This document shows, piece by piece, positions 39,591 through 49,634 of a stretch of 64,000 bases of DNA. Both the position numbers and the translations under genes were made by a program. The notes under the pieces are model-generated. The model was not told the origin of the DNA and searched no databases. It saw only the letters and a program-made list of their open reading frames with translations. Origin of the DNA: an uncultured bacterium (GTDB lineage Bacteria > Planctomycetota > UBA1135 > GCA-002686595). Location of the stretch: assembly GCA_943787795.1 (NCBI GenBank), contig CALSNU010000003.1:416001-480000 (forward strand). Direction: 5' to 3'. Positions within the stretch are counted from its first letter, which is position 1. Each line of letters opens with the position of its first letter.

Positions 39591-40659
39591 ATGACGAACA
39601 TTCAGACGGACGCTGCGGACGGGCCGGGCCAGGACCAGGGTGTCCTCTACGTGGGCATCGATCTCGGGACATCCCGCACCTCCGTGACCGCGAGCAACGG
39701 GGTGCGCGAGACCATCGAGTCCTTCGTGGGCTACCCCAAGGACCCGGTGGCCATGAAGCTCCTTAAGAAGGACGTCCTCTTCGGCTCGGAGGCGCGGGGA
39801 GAAGCGCCTCTCGCTCAACCTCCATCGCCCGCTCGAGCACGGCGTCCTCAAGTTCAACGCCGACGGCAGCGAGAACCAGGAGTCGCGGCGGGCGGCCATG
39901 GACCTCGTGAAGGAGATCGTGCGCCTCGCCAAGCCCCGGAAGGACGAGCTGGTGTACGCCGTGATCGGCGTGCCCGCGCAGGCGCAGATCAACAACAAGG
40001 ACGCCATCCTCCAGGCGGCGCGGGAGTCCGTTGACTCCGTGATGCTCTGCTCTGAGCCGTTCTCCGTGGCCTATGGCCTGGACATGCTGGAGGACGTCCT
40101 CGTGATCGACATCGGCGCGGGGACCGTGGACCTCTGCCGGATGCACGGCACCATGCCGGAGGAGTCCGACCAGATCACGATGAACACCGCGGGCGACTTT
40201 GTGGACGAGGAGCTAGGTAAGGAGATCGGGGCCGCCTATCCCCAGGCTCAGTTCACGAAGCAGATGGTCAAGGCCATCAAGGAGCGCCACAGCACGGTCG
40301 ACGCCAACACGGAGAAGATCACCACCGAGCTCCCCGTGGAGGGCAAGCCCACCGCGTTCGATATCACAGAGCAGGTCCGCACCGCGTGCCAGCGCATCGT
40401 GCCGCCCATCGTCGAGGGGCTTGGCAAGCTCATCAGCACGTTCGACCCGGAGTTCCAGGAGCGCCTCAAGAAGCGCGTCCTGCTGGCGGGCGGCGGTAGC
40501 CAGATCCGAGGCCTGGATCGCGCGATCACCGAGGAGATGCAGCGCACCCTCGGCGGCGGCAACGTGATTCGGATCGAAGAGCCCATGTACGGCGGCGCCA
40601 ACGGAGCGCTGAAGATCGCGCACGACATGCCCGAGGAGTACTGGGAGCAGCTGAAGTGA
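39591..40659 (+). CDS. mamK: MamK-like bacterial actin (355 aa after correcting a +1 frameshift at about 39796-39799)
   Basis: Phosphate-1 GIDLGTSRT, VGYPKD, HRPLEHGVL, connect-1 SEPFSVAYG, phosphate-2 IDIGAGTVD, adenosine LAGGGSQIRG, C-terminal GALKIAHDMPEEYWEQL. The ORF track splits it into 39591..40034 and 39898..40659. Confidence 0.85.
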
Positions 40660-41864
40660 GCGACCCCGGAACCCGGGAGCAGCAGGCGGCCGGCGACCCT
40701 CCCGAGGGGCGCCGGCCGTCGCTTCTTCCTCGGTCCATCGCCTCTTGGCTCGTGGCGCTGACGCCTTGGTCCGCGACACTCCTGCTGACGGCCGTCGCGC
40801 GCTCGGCTCCCGAGACCGTCGAGAGCCTCTATTCCCGCGGCCTCTATCCCGGCGTCGCGCAGGCCGTGGCGCAGGCTGCGCACGGCTGGGCAGCGCTCAC
40901 GGGGTCGGAGCTGAGGGGCGGCCCGTTCCTGTCCCTGTCCGAGGCCGGGCTGCTCGCCATGGCCGTGGTCGGGTGCTGGGCCCTGCGGCGTGGGTGGCGC
41001 CAGGGGGGCGCCGGCGCGGTGGCCCGACAGGTGCTCGCGGCGAGCGGCGGCGGCGCCCTTGTGTTCCTGTTGCTGTGGGGACTCAACTACTCGCGCCTCC
41101 CCCTCGCGGTGTCGCTCGAGCTCGAGGCCTCGGGGGTCACGGCCGCGGAGCTGGATCGGGTCGCTGCGGATCTTGAGGCGCAGCTCGCGGTGGACCTTGA
41201 GGGCCTCGACCGCGTCGAGCGCGCGACCGAACCCGCGGCGGCCCTGCGCGCGGCGCGTGACGCGTGGCGCCAGGCCAGCGAGCGGGAGCCATCCCTCGGC
41301 GTCGGCACCGGCGTCCTCGCCGGCGTACTCGCCGGCGTGCTCGTACGGCCCGCGCTGTCAGGCGCCATCGTGAGCGGCGGCATCAGCGGGATCTTCAGTC
41401 CATTCACCCAGGAGGCGCATGTGGCCGGGCATCTCCCAGAGCCTGACTTGCTCTTCACGGCGTGCCACGAGCTTGCCCACGCCCAAGGATGGGCGCGGGA
41501 GGATGAGGCCAACTACCTCGCCTGGCGGGTCGGCAGCCGCGCGGCGGATCACAGCTTGCGGGCGGCGGCGCGGCTGCTGGCGCTGGCGCATGTGCTGGGC
41601 GCCCTGGGGCGCGCGGACCGGGCCGTGCTGGTGGACCGCCTCGAGGGGCTCGACCCGAGGATCCAGGAGGCCCTGGAGGAGCGTGCGCGATTCTGGGACC
41701 GGGAGCGCTCGCCCGCGGCGAGCCGGGCGGCGTCGGCGGTCAACGATGCCTACCTGCGCAGCCAGGGCCAGGACGGCGTGGCGTCCTACGGGCGAATGGT
41801 GGACCTGCTGGTGGCAGAGTGGCGCGCGGCGGGTGGGACGCTTCCTGTGGGAGATCCGCGCTGA
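40656..41864 (+). CDS. DUF3810-like zincin membrane protein
   Basis: VESLYSRGLYP, WGLNYSR, GIFSPFTQEA, HELAH (HExxH), EDEANY, SYGRMVDLL. GTGA overlap with the actin stop. Confidence 0.85.
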   Translation: MSDPGTREQQAAGDPPEGRRPSLLPRSIASWLVALTPWSATLLLTAVARSAPETVESLYSRGLYPGVAQAVAQAAHGWAALTGSELRGGPFLSLSEAGLLAMAVVGCWALRRGWRQGGAGAVARQVLAASGGGALVFLLLWGLNYSRLPLAVSLELEASGVTAAELDRVAADLEAQLAVDLEGLDRVERATEPAAALRAARDAWRQASEREPSLGVGTGVLAGVLAGVLVRPALSGAIVSGGISGIFSPFTQEAHVAGHLPEPDLLFTACHELAHAQGWAREDEANYLAWRVGSRAADHSLRAAARLLALAHVLGALGRADRAVLVDRLEGLDPRIQEALEERARFWDRERSPAASRAASAVNDAYLRSQGQDGVASYGRMVDLLVAEWRAAGGTLPVGDPR

Positions 41865-41894
41865 GGTCGCGGTTGGAGCGTATATCCTGGCTCC

Positions 41895-44800
41895 ATGCCG
41901 AGCCCTCTCCTCGCCGTCCTTCTTGCCGCGTCCGCCACGGCCGCTCCCGCGCTCTCCAAGCCGACCGCCTGCGCTCCGAATCAGGAGGTTTCCGACGAGG
42001 CGCGCCAGGTCCTGTCGCGCATGCAGATCCCCGAGGGGTTCCGGGTCGAGATCTTCGCCAGCGAGCCGATGCTCGCCAATCCGGTGGCGTTCTGCTTCGA
42101 CGTCTTCGGTCGCGTCTACGTGGCGGAGACCTTTCGTCACCACAAGGGCGTCACGGACATTCGGAGCCACATGGGCTGGCTCGAGGACGACCTCGCCATC
42201 AAGACGGTGGAGGACCGGGTCGCGATGTTTCGCAAGCACGAGGGGGAGGACGGGCTGCGGGATGGGTACTCGGTGGAGACCGAGCGGATCACCCGGCTGG
42301 TGGACACGGATGGAGATGGGGTGGCCGACGAGGCCACGGCCTTCGCCGCGGACTTTGCAGACCCTGCCGCAGGGATTGGAGCGGGGCTCCTCGCGCGGCG
42401 GCGGCTGGACGGTGGGACGGAGCTCTGGTTCACCTGCATCCCTGATCTCTGGCGCCTGTTCGACGAGGACGGCGACGGCGTCGCCGAGCGCATGGACCAG
42501 CACAGCACGGGGTACGGCTTGCGTGTCGCGCTCCTCGGCCATGACCTGCACGGACTGGTGATCGGCCCGGACGGCCGGCTGTACTTTTCCATCGGAGACC
42601 GCGGGTTCAATGTGACGACGGACGAGGGCGAGCGGCTCGTCAGGTTCGGGACCGGCGCGGTCTTCCGCTGCGAGCTGGATGGCTCCGGGCTGGAGCTCTT
42701 CTGTGACGGGCTACGGAACCCCCAGGAGCTGGTCTTCGACACGAGCGGGAATCTCTTCACCCTCGACAACAACTCGGACGGCGGCGACAAGGCGCGCTGG
42801 ACCTACCTGCTCAGGGACAGCGACACCGGCTGGCGCCAGGCCTACCAATGGGTGCAGCGGCCGACCGCGCGGGGCCCCTGGAACCAGGAGCGCCTCTGGT
42901 ATCCCTACTTCGAGGGGCAGGCGCTCTACATCCTCCCGCCCATCGCGAACTTCACCAGCGGCCCGTCGGGCATCACGACGTACCCCGGAACCGGCTGGGG
43001 GGAACCGTTGGCACGACACGTTCTTTGTGTGCGACTTCCGCGGGAACCCGGGCTACAGCGGTATCTACTCGTTCCGAAATGCCGCCGAGGGCGCGGGTTT
43101 CCAGTCCGAGGAGGTGGAGAAGTTTGTCTGGGACGTGCTCCCGACCGATGTGGACTTCGGCGTCGACGGCAACCTGTACTTCTCCGACTGGGTGAGCGGC
43201 TGGAACCAGACGGGCAAGGGCCGCATGTTCCGGGTCGTCCCCGAGGTCCGCGACGAGGCCGAGTCCGGCCTCGTCTCGGAGGTCGCCGCCCTCCTGCAAG
43301 GCGGGCTCGATGGGCTCGACGACGCCGCGCTCCTCGCGCTGTTCGAACACCGGGATCGGCGAGTCCGCCAGGAGGCGCAGCTCTTGATGGCGAGCCGCAT
43401 CCTCTCCGCGGGTGACGACGCCGTGGCCGAGGGCAGCCTCACCCGCCTCCTCGAGGTGGTGACAGACCAGGAGGCCCAGGCCCTTCAGCGGGTCCATGCC
43501 CTCTGGTGTGCGGGGCACGTCGGCCGGCTCATGGGGGCGGGCAGCGTCTCAGCCATGCTGCGCTCCGCGTCGCTGGACCAGGCGCTGCTCGCAGCCCTGG
43601 GCGACCCTGACGCCGAGGTGGTGGCGCAGGCCCTGCGCGTGGCCGCAGAGCGCGAAGCGGTGGACTTCCCCAGGGAGGCCCTGGAGCTGTTGAGGGGCCA
43701 CCCTGAGCCCCGGGTCCGGCTGCTGGCCGCCGAGGCCCTGGGGCGGCCGGGGCTGCCCGAGGACCTGGAGGCTGCCGCCTTCGACGAGCTGGTGGACCTC
43801 CTGGAGTCCGAGGGGCCGGGCGACCCCTGGCTACGCACGGCAGCCATCTGTGCCCTGGATCGCATGGGGCCCTCGGCGCCGGTGTCGGCGCTCGCCGATC
43901 ACCCCGCCGACTTCGTCCGTCAGTGCGCCGTCGTGGTGCTCCGGCGGCGCGGCGATCGTCGGATCGCCAGGTTCCTCGCCGATCCCGCGCCCGCCGTACG
44001 GGCGGAGGCCGCCCGTGGAATCCACGACGCGCGGGTGTCGGCGGCCATGGGGGCGTTGTCCGCTGCGCTCCCCAGCCTCGCGGAAGGTGGCGATACCACC
44101 ACGATCCGGCGTTCTCTCCATGCGTGCCGTGAGGTGGCGACCTACGCCAGCGCCTCGCGCCTGCTCGAGTTCGCTTTGGATGAGCGCGCCGATCGGACCC
44201 TTCGGGCCGAGGCTCTCCGGGTGCTGGCGTCGTGGACCCGTCCGCTCACGCGTGACGGGGTGGTCATGGACCACCGCCCGATCCCCGCAGCCGCGGTGGG
44301 CGACCTCCGCCTGGCGGCGACGGACGTGGACGGCGGCGAGGCGCTGGGCAAGCTGACCCGCAGCCCCTCGCTGGCGGACGCCGCGGTGGGGACGGCCCTG
44401 CTCGAGTTGATCGAGAGCCTGGACGACCCAGCGCTCGACGCTGCGGTCCACCTGGCGGCCGTGGCCGGCCAGGCCGACGCGAATGCTGAGGTCCGCCGAC
44501 GTGCGTACCGGATGCTCTTGCGTCGGGCCCCGGAGGCCTCGGTCACTGCGGACCTCACGGCCCGTTCGGCGGTGCAGGCGGGTAGCCCACTCCGCGCGGC
44601 GGCGCTGCTCGAGGTGCACGGCGCCGCCGCGATCTCGATCGTGGCCGAGGAGGCGCGTGACGGGACCGCCGAGCGCAGGGCAGATGCCCTCCGGGTCCTC
44701 GCGGGCTTCCGGGACGACGCCGCCAGCGCGGCGTTCCTCGATGAGGGCGCGCGGCTCAAGGGCGATGACAGCACGCTGCTCGTGGAGTGGTTGCGGTACG

Positions 44801-45333
44801 CCGGTGGAGCCGAGGACGACGCCGTCAAGAGCGCGGCGGCGGCGATGGAGGCGGAGTGGGAGGCGTCCGAGGACCCCCTCGCCCGCTGGCGCATGTGCCT
44901 GGAGGGCGGTGACGCCGAGCGAGGCCGGCGGATCTTCTCGTCCAAGGCCGAGACGAGCTGCATGAAGTGCCATGTGGTGGGCGACGAGGGGGGCTCCGAG
45001 GCCGGTCCGGCCATGGACGACGTGGGCAAGCGGCTCAGCGCCGAGCAGCTCCTCCGTTCGATCGTCGAGCCCAACGCCGAGATCGCTGCGGGCTATGAGA
45101 GCTGGCTGATCATGACCGACGACGGTGAGACGTTCTCCGGGAGGATCCTCGAGGAGGACGCCGAGGTCCTGCTCCTCGAGACGGCCCAGAAGGAGCAGCT
45201 GGAGTTCGAGATCGTCGAGATCAAGGCTCGCCGCCGGGATGTGTCAGCCATGCCCTCGAACGTGGCCTCTCACCTCTCAAGGTCCGAGATGCGCGACCTG
45301 ATCGCGTTCCTCTCCTCTCTCCGCGGCCAGTGA
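41895..45333 (+). CDS. PVC-type haem-binding CxxCH protein: beta-propeller, HEAT-like repeats and cytochrome c (+1 frameshift at about 42997-43008)
   Basis: PEGFRVEIFASEPMLANPV, DTDGDGVAD, GPDGRLYFSIGD, GLRNPQEL, HEAT-like repeats, GDAERGRRIF...CMKCH...GPAM, SAMP. Split as 41895..43415 and 42679..45333 in the ORF track. Confidence 0.88.
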
Positions 45334-45396
45334 GCCCACTGCGCCCCGCCGCGGCGGCGGGCGCGGGCCCGCAGGCTCACCACTCAGTCGAAAGCG

Positions 45397-46455
45397 ATGG
45401 ACACCATCATCATCCGGGCAGACGCGAGCACCGCCCAGGGCACGGGCCACGTCATGCGTTGCCTGGCTCTCACGCTCGCCCTCGAGGAGCACGGTGTGGC
45501 GGTCATCTTGGCGGTCGCAGAGTGCCCCGAGGCCCTAGTGAAGAGGGTTGAGGCGAGCGGCGCCCAGGTGGAGCGCCTCGCGGTCGAGGTGGGGTCCCGC
45601 GAGGACGCGGCGGCCACGCAGGCCCTCGCCCGCCAGTCGGGTGCGGGATGGGTGGTGCTCGACGGCTACAGGTTCGACCTCGCGTTCCAGCGGGCGCTGC
45701 ACGGCGGCGGCTTCAAGCTCGGGTTGGTGGACGACTTCGCCCACCTTGAGGGGTACGAGGTCGACCTGGTCCTCAATCAGAACAGCCACGCGCGAGCGGA
45801 GGACTACCCTGGGGTTCCGGCGCTCCTCCTGGGCCCGAGCCACGCGCTGCTGCGCGCTGAGTTTGTTCAGGCTCTTCACGCTCTTCATGGGCGCGCGGCC
45901 AGATCCCATGAAGGGCCCGTCCAGAGGCTGCTCGTGACCATGGGGGGCTCCGATCCTGGGAACGCGACCACGTGTATTCTGGAGGCGCTGGGAGCCCTTG
46001 GGGACGGGCAGCTTGAGACTCAGGTCCTCGTCGGCGCGGCGAACCCCCATCGAGCTGCCGTGGACGCGATGGCCTCGGGGATCCCGGGGTGCCGAGTGCT
46101 CGATCCGGTGAAGGACATGGTGCCCCTGCTGGAGTGGGCGGATCTCGCGGTTTGTGCAGGGGGCAGTACCCTGTGGGAGATGGCGGCCTTCGGCGTGCCC
46201 GTCGCCTGTGTCATCCTCGCCGAGAACCAGCAGCCGATCGTCGCCGATCTCGAGCAGCGAGGGGTGGTTGTCGACCTCGGCTGGGACCGGGAGCTGGACG
46301 CCGAGCGCTGCGCGAAAGAGCTGGGGTCCCTGCTGGCGGACGGCGCACGCCGGCAGCGAATGAGCGAGCTCGGGCGCAGGCTGGTGGACGGCGCGGGGGC
46401 AGCGCGGGTCGTGGCGGCCCTCGTGGAGGTCACCGGTCAACCTGCCCGGCGCTGA
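45397..46455 (+). CDS. pseG: PseG/SpsG-family UDP-sugar hydrolase/glycosyltransferase
   Basis: IRADAS..GTGHVMRCLAL, VVLDGY, LVDD, LLVTMGGSDP, AGGSTLWE, AENQ, VDGAGAARV. Confidence 0.85.
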   Translation: MDTIIIRADASTAQGTGHVMRCLALTLALEEHGVAVILAVAECPEALVKRVEASGAQVERLAVEVGSREDAAATQALARQSGAGWVVLDGYRFDLAFQRALHGGGFKLGLVDDFAHLEGYEVDLVLNQNSHARAEDYPGVPALLLGPSHALLRAEFVQALHALHGRAARSHEGPVQRLLVTMGGSDPGNATTCILEALGALGDGQLETQVLVGAANPHRAAVDAMASGIPGCRVLDPVKDMVPLLEWADLAVCAGGSTLWEMAAFGVPVACVILAENQQPIVADLEQRGVVVDLGWDRELDAERCAKELGSLLADGARRQRMSELGRRLVDGAGAARVVAALVEVTGQPARR

Positions 46456-46576
46456 CGCTGTACTGCGGCTCGTCCTCTGTTCTACCGCACCGTGGGCGAC
46501 CTCTGAGCGCCCCTTCCGCGAGAGTGGATCCCTGACGTGCGCCCTTCAGCGGCGGGAGCGTGTCGTGCCCTGGGGG

Positions 46577-46672
46577 CTGGGTGCCTGGGGCCTCGGGGGC
46601 CTGGGGGCCCGGGTGCCTGGGGGACTGGGTGCCTGGGGGACTGGGTGCCTGACGGACTGGGTTGCTGGGCCC
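46577..46672 (+). repeat. G-rich degenerate 16-bp tandem repeat (core CTGGGTGCCTGGGGGA), about 6 copies
   Basis: 16-nt period starting at 46577, 46593, 46609, 46625, 46641 and 46657. Confidence 0.75.
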
Positions 46673-46922
46673 CCAGGAGACCGGGCTTGCTGGGCCCGCG
46701 GAAGACGGGGAGACGGGGCTTGGGGGCTGCGGTGAGGCGTGCCGGTGGGCTGAGGGGCTCGGAGGTCGTCTTGCGGGGCGCCAGGCGCCGTTCGGGGTAG
46801 AGCGATGTTGCCCGGGTCTCTCGCTTGGGGACTGGGCCGAGGAGGGATCCAAGGGGTGCTCAAGGGCTCGTGGCGGTGCGGTCGACGTTTCCCTTGTCGC
46901 CCTACGCGGGCGCACTATCCCC

Positions 46923-47957
46923 ATGGCCAACCCCGGAACGCTGAGCTTCAATCCGAGCGGCACGCCGCTGTTCACGGACGACGAGGTTCGTTCGCTGATG
47001 CAGATCGAATTTGATCGAGCGCAGCGCTATCGCTATCCGGTGGCCTGCCTGCTGATCGAGATCGACCGGCTCCGGGATATCCAGACCATGCACGGCTTCG
47101 ATGCGCGGCTGACGATCCTCCAGGCGCTGGTCGAGCTGCTGCAGGGCGAGACCCGAGCGGGGGACCTGCTGGGCACCGTGGTCGATGATCGCCTGATGGT
47201 GCTCATCCCGCACACCATGCCCGCCGCCGCACGAGCGATCAGTGAGCGGGTGCTGAGCGGCGCGCGCCAGATGGAGTTCGTCATCGGCGGCAAGTCGATC
47301 CGCGTGACCGCGTCCATTGGCGTAGCGCACAACCAGGACGATGCGGCGAACTCGGTCGCCACCCTGGAGCGCGTGGCCGAGGAGGGCCTCGCCGTCGCCG
47401 TCGGGAATGGCGGGGGTCAGGTCGCCCAGACCGAGCTCTACGAGCTGTACGAGAAGGAGCCGGCGCCAGAGGCCCCCGCCGTAGGTGACGTGGAGGAGCT
47501 GCTCGCCAGGGCCGAGAGCATGGGGTACCGGCAGCGCCTTGAAGGGCTCGTGGCCGGCGGTGCCCCGCTGGAGTCGGCGGCCCAGGAGGTCGCCAACGAG
47601 GTCGTCCAGCGCGCTGTTCAGCAGGAGCGCGAGCGCTGGAGCCGGGATCTCGAGATGGCGAATGCGCGGATCGAGGCCATGTCGACGACGCTCAAGCAGG
47701 GGGGCGATCGTGCAGGTGTGGACCGGGACCTCCAGCAGCTCAATCGGCGCATCGAGAAGCTCACGCGCTCCCTCGAGACCACCGAGGCCGAGATCGCGCG
47801 ACTGCGCGCGGCGGGCTCCACGGACGAGGGGGTGGCCTCGGTCTATCGCGAGGTCCAGGGGCTCGACAGCGACGAGAACCGCGCGGACCTCAAGCGCGAC
47901 CTGATGGGTGCGATCTTCCAGGCCAACCTGGACCTGCAGTCGCGTCGCAGCGCCTGA
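46923..47957 (+). CDS. Degenerate GGDEF-domain protein (RxxD I-site retained) with C-terminal coiled coil and FQANLDL module
   Basis: EFDRAQRYRYPVACLLIEIDRL, HGF, RAGDLLGTVVDDRLMVLIPHT (GGDEF replaced by VDDRL), VTASIGVA. Confidence 0.85.
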   Translation: MANPGTLSFNPSGTPLFTDDEVRSLMQIEFDRAQRYRYPVACLLIEIDRLRDIQTMHGFDARLTILQALVELLQGETRAGDLLGTVVDDRLMVLIPHTMPAAARAISERVLSGARQMEFVIGGKSIRVTASIGVAHNQDDAANSVATLERVAEEGLAVAVGNGGGQVAQTELYELYEKEPAPEAPAVGDVEELLARAESMGYRQRLEGLVAGGAPLESAAQEVANEVVQRAVQQERERWSRDLEMANARIEAMSTTLKQGGDRAGVDRDLQQLNRRIEKLTRSLETTEAEIARLRAAGSTDEGVASVYREVQGLDSDENRADLKRDLMGAIFQANLDLQSRRSA

Positions 47958-47970
47958 GGCTAGTGCAAGC

Positions 47971-48011
47971 AGAGCGCCCGCGCCGCCCTCTTGGGGCGAC
48001 GCGGGCGCTCT
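47971..48011. terminator. Hairpin between convergent genes (likely bidirectional terminator)
   Basis: AGAGCGCCCGCG (47971-47982) pairs with CGCGGGCGCTCT (48000-48011), with inner CGCCC/GGGCG pairing. Confidence 0.65.
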
Positions 48012-48047
48012 CGTTTATGGCCGGATTCGAGCCCGGTCAGGTGCGGA

Positions 48048-49634
48048 TCACGGGCAGAAGAGCACGGACATCGCGTTGCTGAAGTTGAACGTCGGCGCCC
48101 CGGCGACGTTGTCGCGGAAGAAGCACTGGAAGTTCAGCGTCATGCCCGGGAGGATCGCCCCGGGGCCCGACGACTGGTTCGGGTCCGTGAAGTCCACGGC
48201 CCGCGCCACGCTGCCGAGGATGCCCGCCTGGACCGCGGGGTAGAGTCGCACCGCGGGCATCTGGGCGGTGCCCATCACGCAGAGGTTGCCGAGCCCGCTC
48301 GGAGCCTGCGTCTGAACCGGCCCGTAGAAGAAGAGCCCGACGGTGAAGGACGGGAGGCCGGAGGCGGCGATGACGAAGTTGTTGTCCGTGATGCTCGCGG
48401 AGCCGGTGGCGGCGATCTGTGCCGGCGCGCCGGAGCTGCCCGCGTTGGAGGAGCAGTAGGTCGTGAAGCCGCAGGCGGGCGGCTCTTCGGTGATCTTCCA
48501 GATGCGGCCGCCGCTCTGGGTGACGATGTAGACCTCGCCGTCGTGGTCCTCACCGAAGGAGCTGATCGAGCTGATCGAGCCGGAGGTCGGGCGCAGCTCG
48601 ACGGTGCGGTCCGTGAAGTTCTGAACCGAGCTCCCGTCGTACTCGATGCTCCAGATCCTGTTCGAGCAGTAGTCCGCGTAGAAGTACGTGCCCTGGAGGC
48701 TCGGGATCGCGCTGCCGCGGTAGATCATCCCGCCGGTCACGCTGCAGCCCTGGCCGTGGTTGTATTCGAAGATCGGATCGAGGAGCGCGGAGTTGGTGCA
48801 GCTGCAGCCGGACAGGCCCGTGCAGCGGGTCCCTTCCTTGCAGCGCCAGCCGAGGTTTTGGCCAGCCTGGCCAGCCGGGATGAAGTCGATCTCCTCCCGT
48901 TGGTTCTGGCCGACGTCGGCGATCCACATGTCACCGGTGGCGCGGTCGAAGGTGAAGCGCCAGGGGTTACGCAGGCCGAGGTGGTAGATCTCGTTGCGGA
49001 CCGAGCTGTTGCCGAGGAAGGGGTTGTCCGCGGGGATGAACGGCGACGCGATGTCCACGTCATAGCGAAGCATCTTGCCCAGCAGCTGCTGACCGTTCTG
49101 GGCGCGGCCATTCGGGTCGTTGCCGGAGCCGCCGTCGCCCAGACCGAAGTAGAGCTTCCCGTCGGGGCCGAACTTGATGCAGCCGCCGTTGTGGTTGGAG
49201 AAGTCCTGGTTGACCTGCGAGATGAACTGAACGCGGGTCGGGTCGGCGACGTTCGGGTCGGAGGACACCGCATACTCGGCGACCCGTGAGTTGCCGGAGT
49301 TGTTGGTGTAGCTGACGAAGAAGCGCCCGTTCGTCATGTAGTCCGGGTGGAACGCGAGGCCGAGGAGGCCGCGCTCGCCGCCGGAGGCGACCTCGGGGTT
49401 GATGTTGAGGAACGGGGTGGTGATCAGCGTCCCGTTCTCGATGACGCGCACGCGGCCTGCCTGCTCGATGACGAAGATCCTTGAAGGGTCCCCGGGAGCG
49501 AACGTGAGGTCGGTCGGGTTCTGGAGGCCCGAGACGAAGAGCTCGGTGGTCAGCGGGGCCTGCGCGGAGGCGGGCGCTGTGATCAGCAGGCCGAGGCCGG
49601 CGAGTGCAGAGGCGAGGAGTGTGCGAAGCATCAT
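48048..49634 (-). CDS. Secreted PQQ-dependent sugar dehydrogenase (GSDH beta-propeller) with conserved C-terminal domain
   Basis: Signal peptide; GERGLLGLAFHPDY, NHNGG, FGPDGKLYFGLGDGG, GLRNPWRF, ADVGQ, SVTGG, SFGED; about 140-aa C-terminal extension. Confidence 0.9.
   Translation of the reverse strand: MMLRTLLASALAGLGLLITAPASAQAPLTTELFVSGLQNPTDLTFAPGDPSRIFVIEQAGRVRVIENGTLITTPFLNINPEVASGGERGLLGLAFHPDYMTNGRFFVSYTNNSGNSRVAEYAVSSDPNVADPTRVQFISQVNQDFSNHNGGCIKFGPDGKLYFGLGDGGSGNDPNGRAQNGQQLLGKMLRYDVDIASPFIPADNPFLGNSSVRNEIYHLGLRNPWRFTFDRATGDMWIADVGQNQREEIDFIPAGQAGQNLGWRCKEGTRCTGLSGCSCTNSALLDPIFEYNHGQGCSVTGGMIYRGSAIPSLQGTYFYADYCSNRIWSIEYDGSSVQNFTDRTVELRPTSGSISSISSFGEDHDGEVYIVTQSGGRIWKITEEPPACGFTTYCSSNAGSSGAPAQIAATGSASITDNNFVIAASGLPSFTVGLFFYGPVQTQAPSGLGNLCVMGTAQMPAVRLYPAVQAGILGSVARAVDFTDPNQSSGPGAILPGMTLNFQCFFRDNVAGAPTFNFSNAMSVLFCP

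Noticed and set aside
39591..40659. Magnetosome gene island
   Set aside because: Only the MamK-like actin is present; no other mam/mms/mad genes are recognisable in the window.
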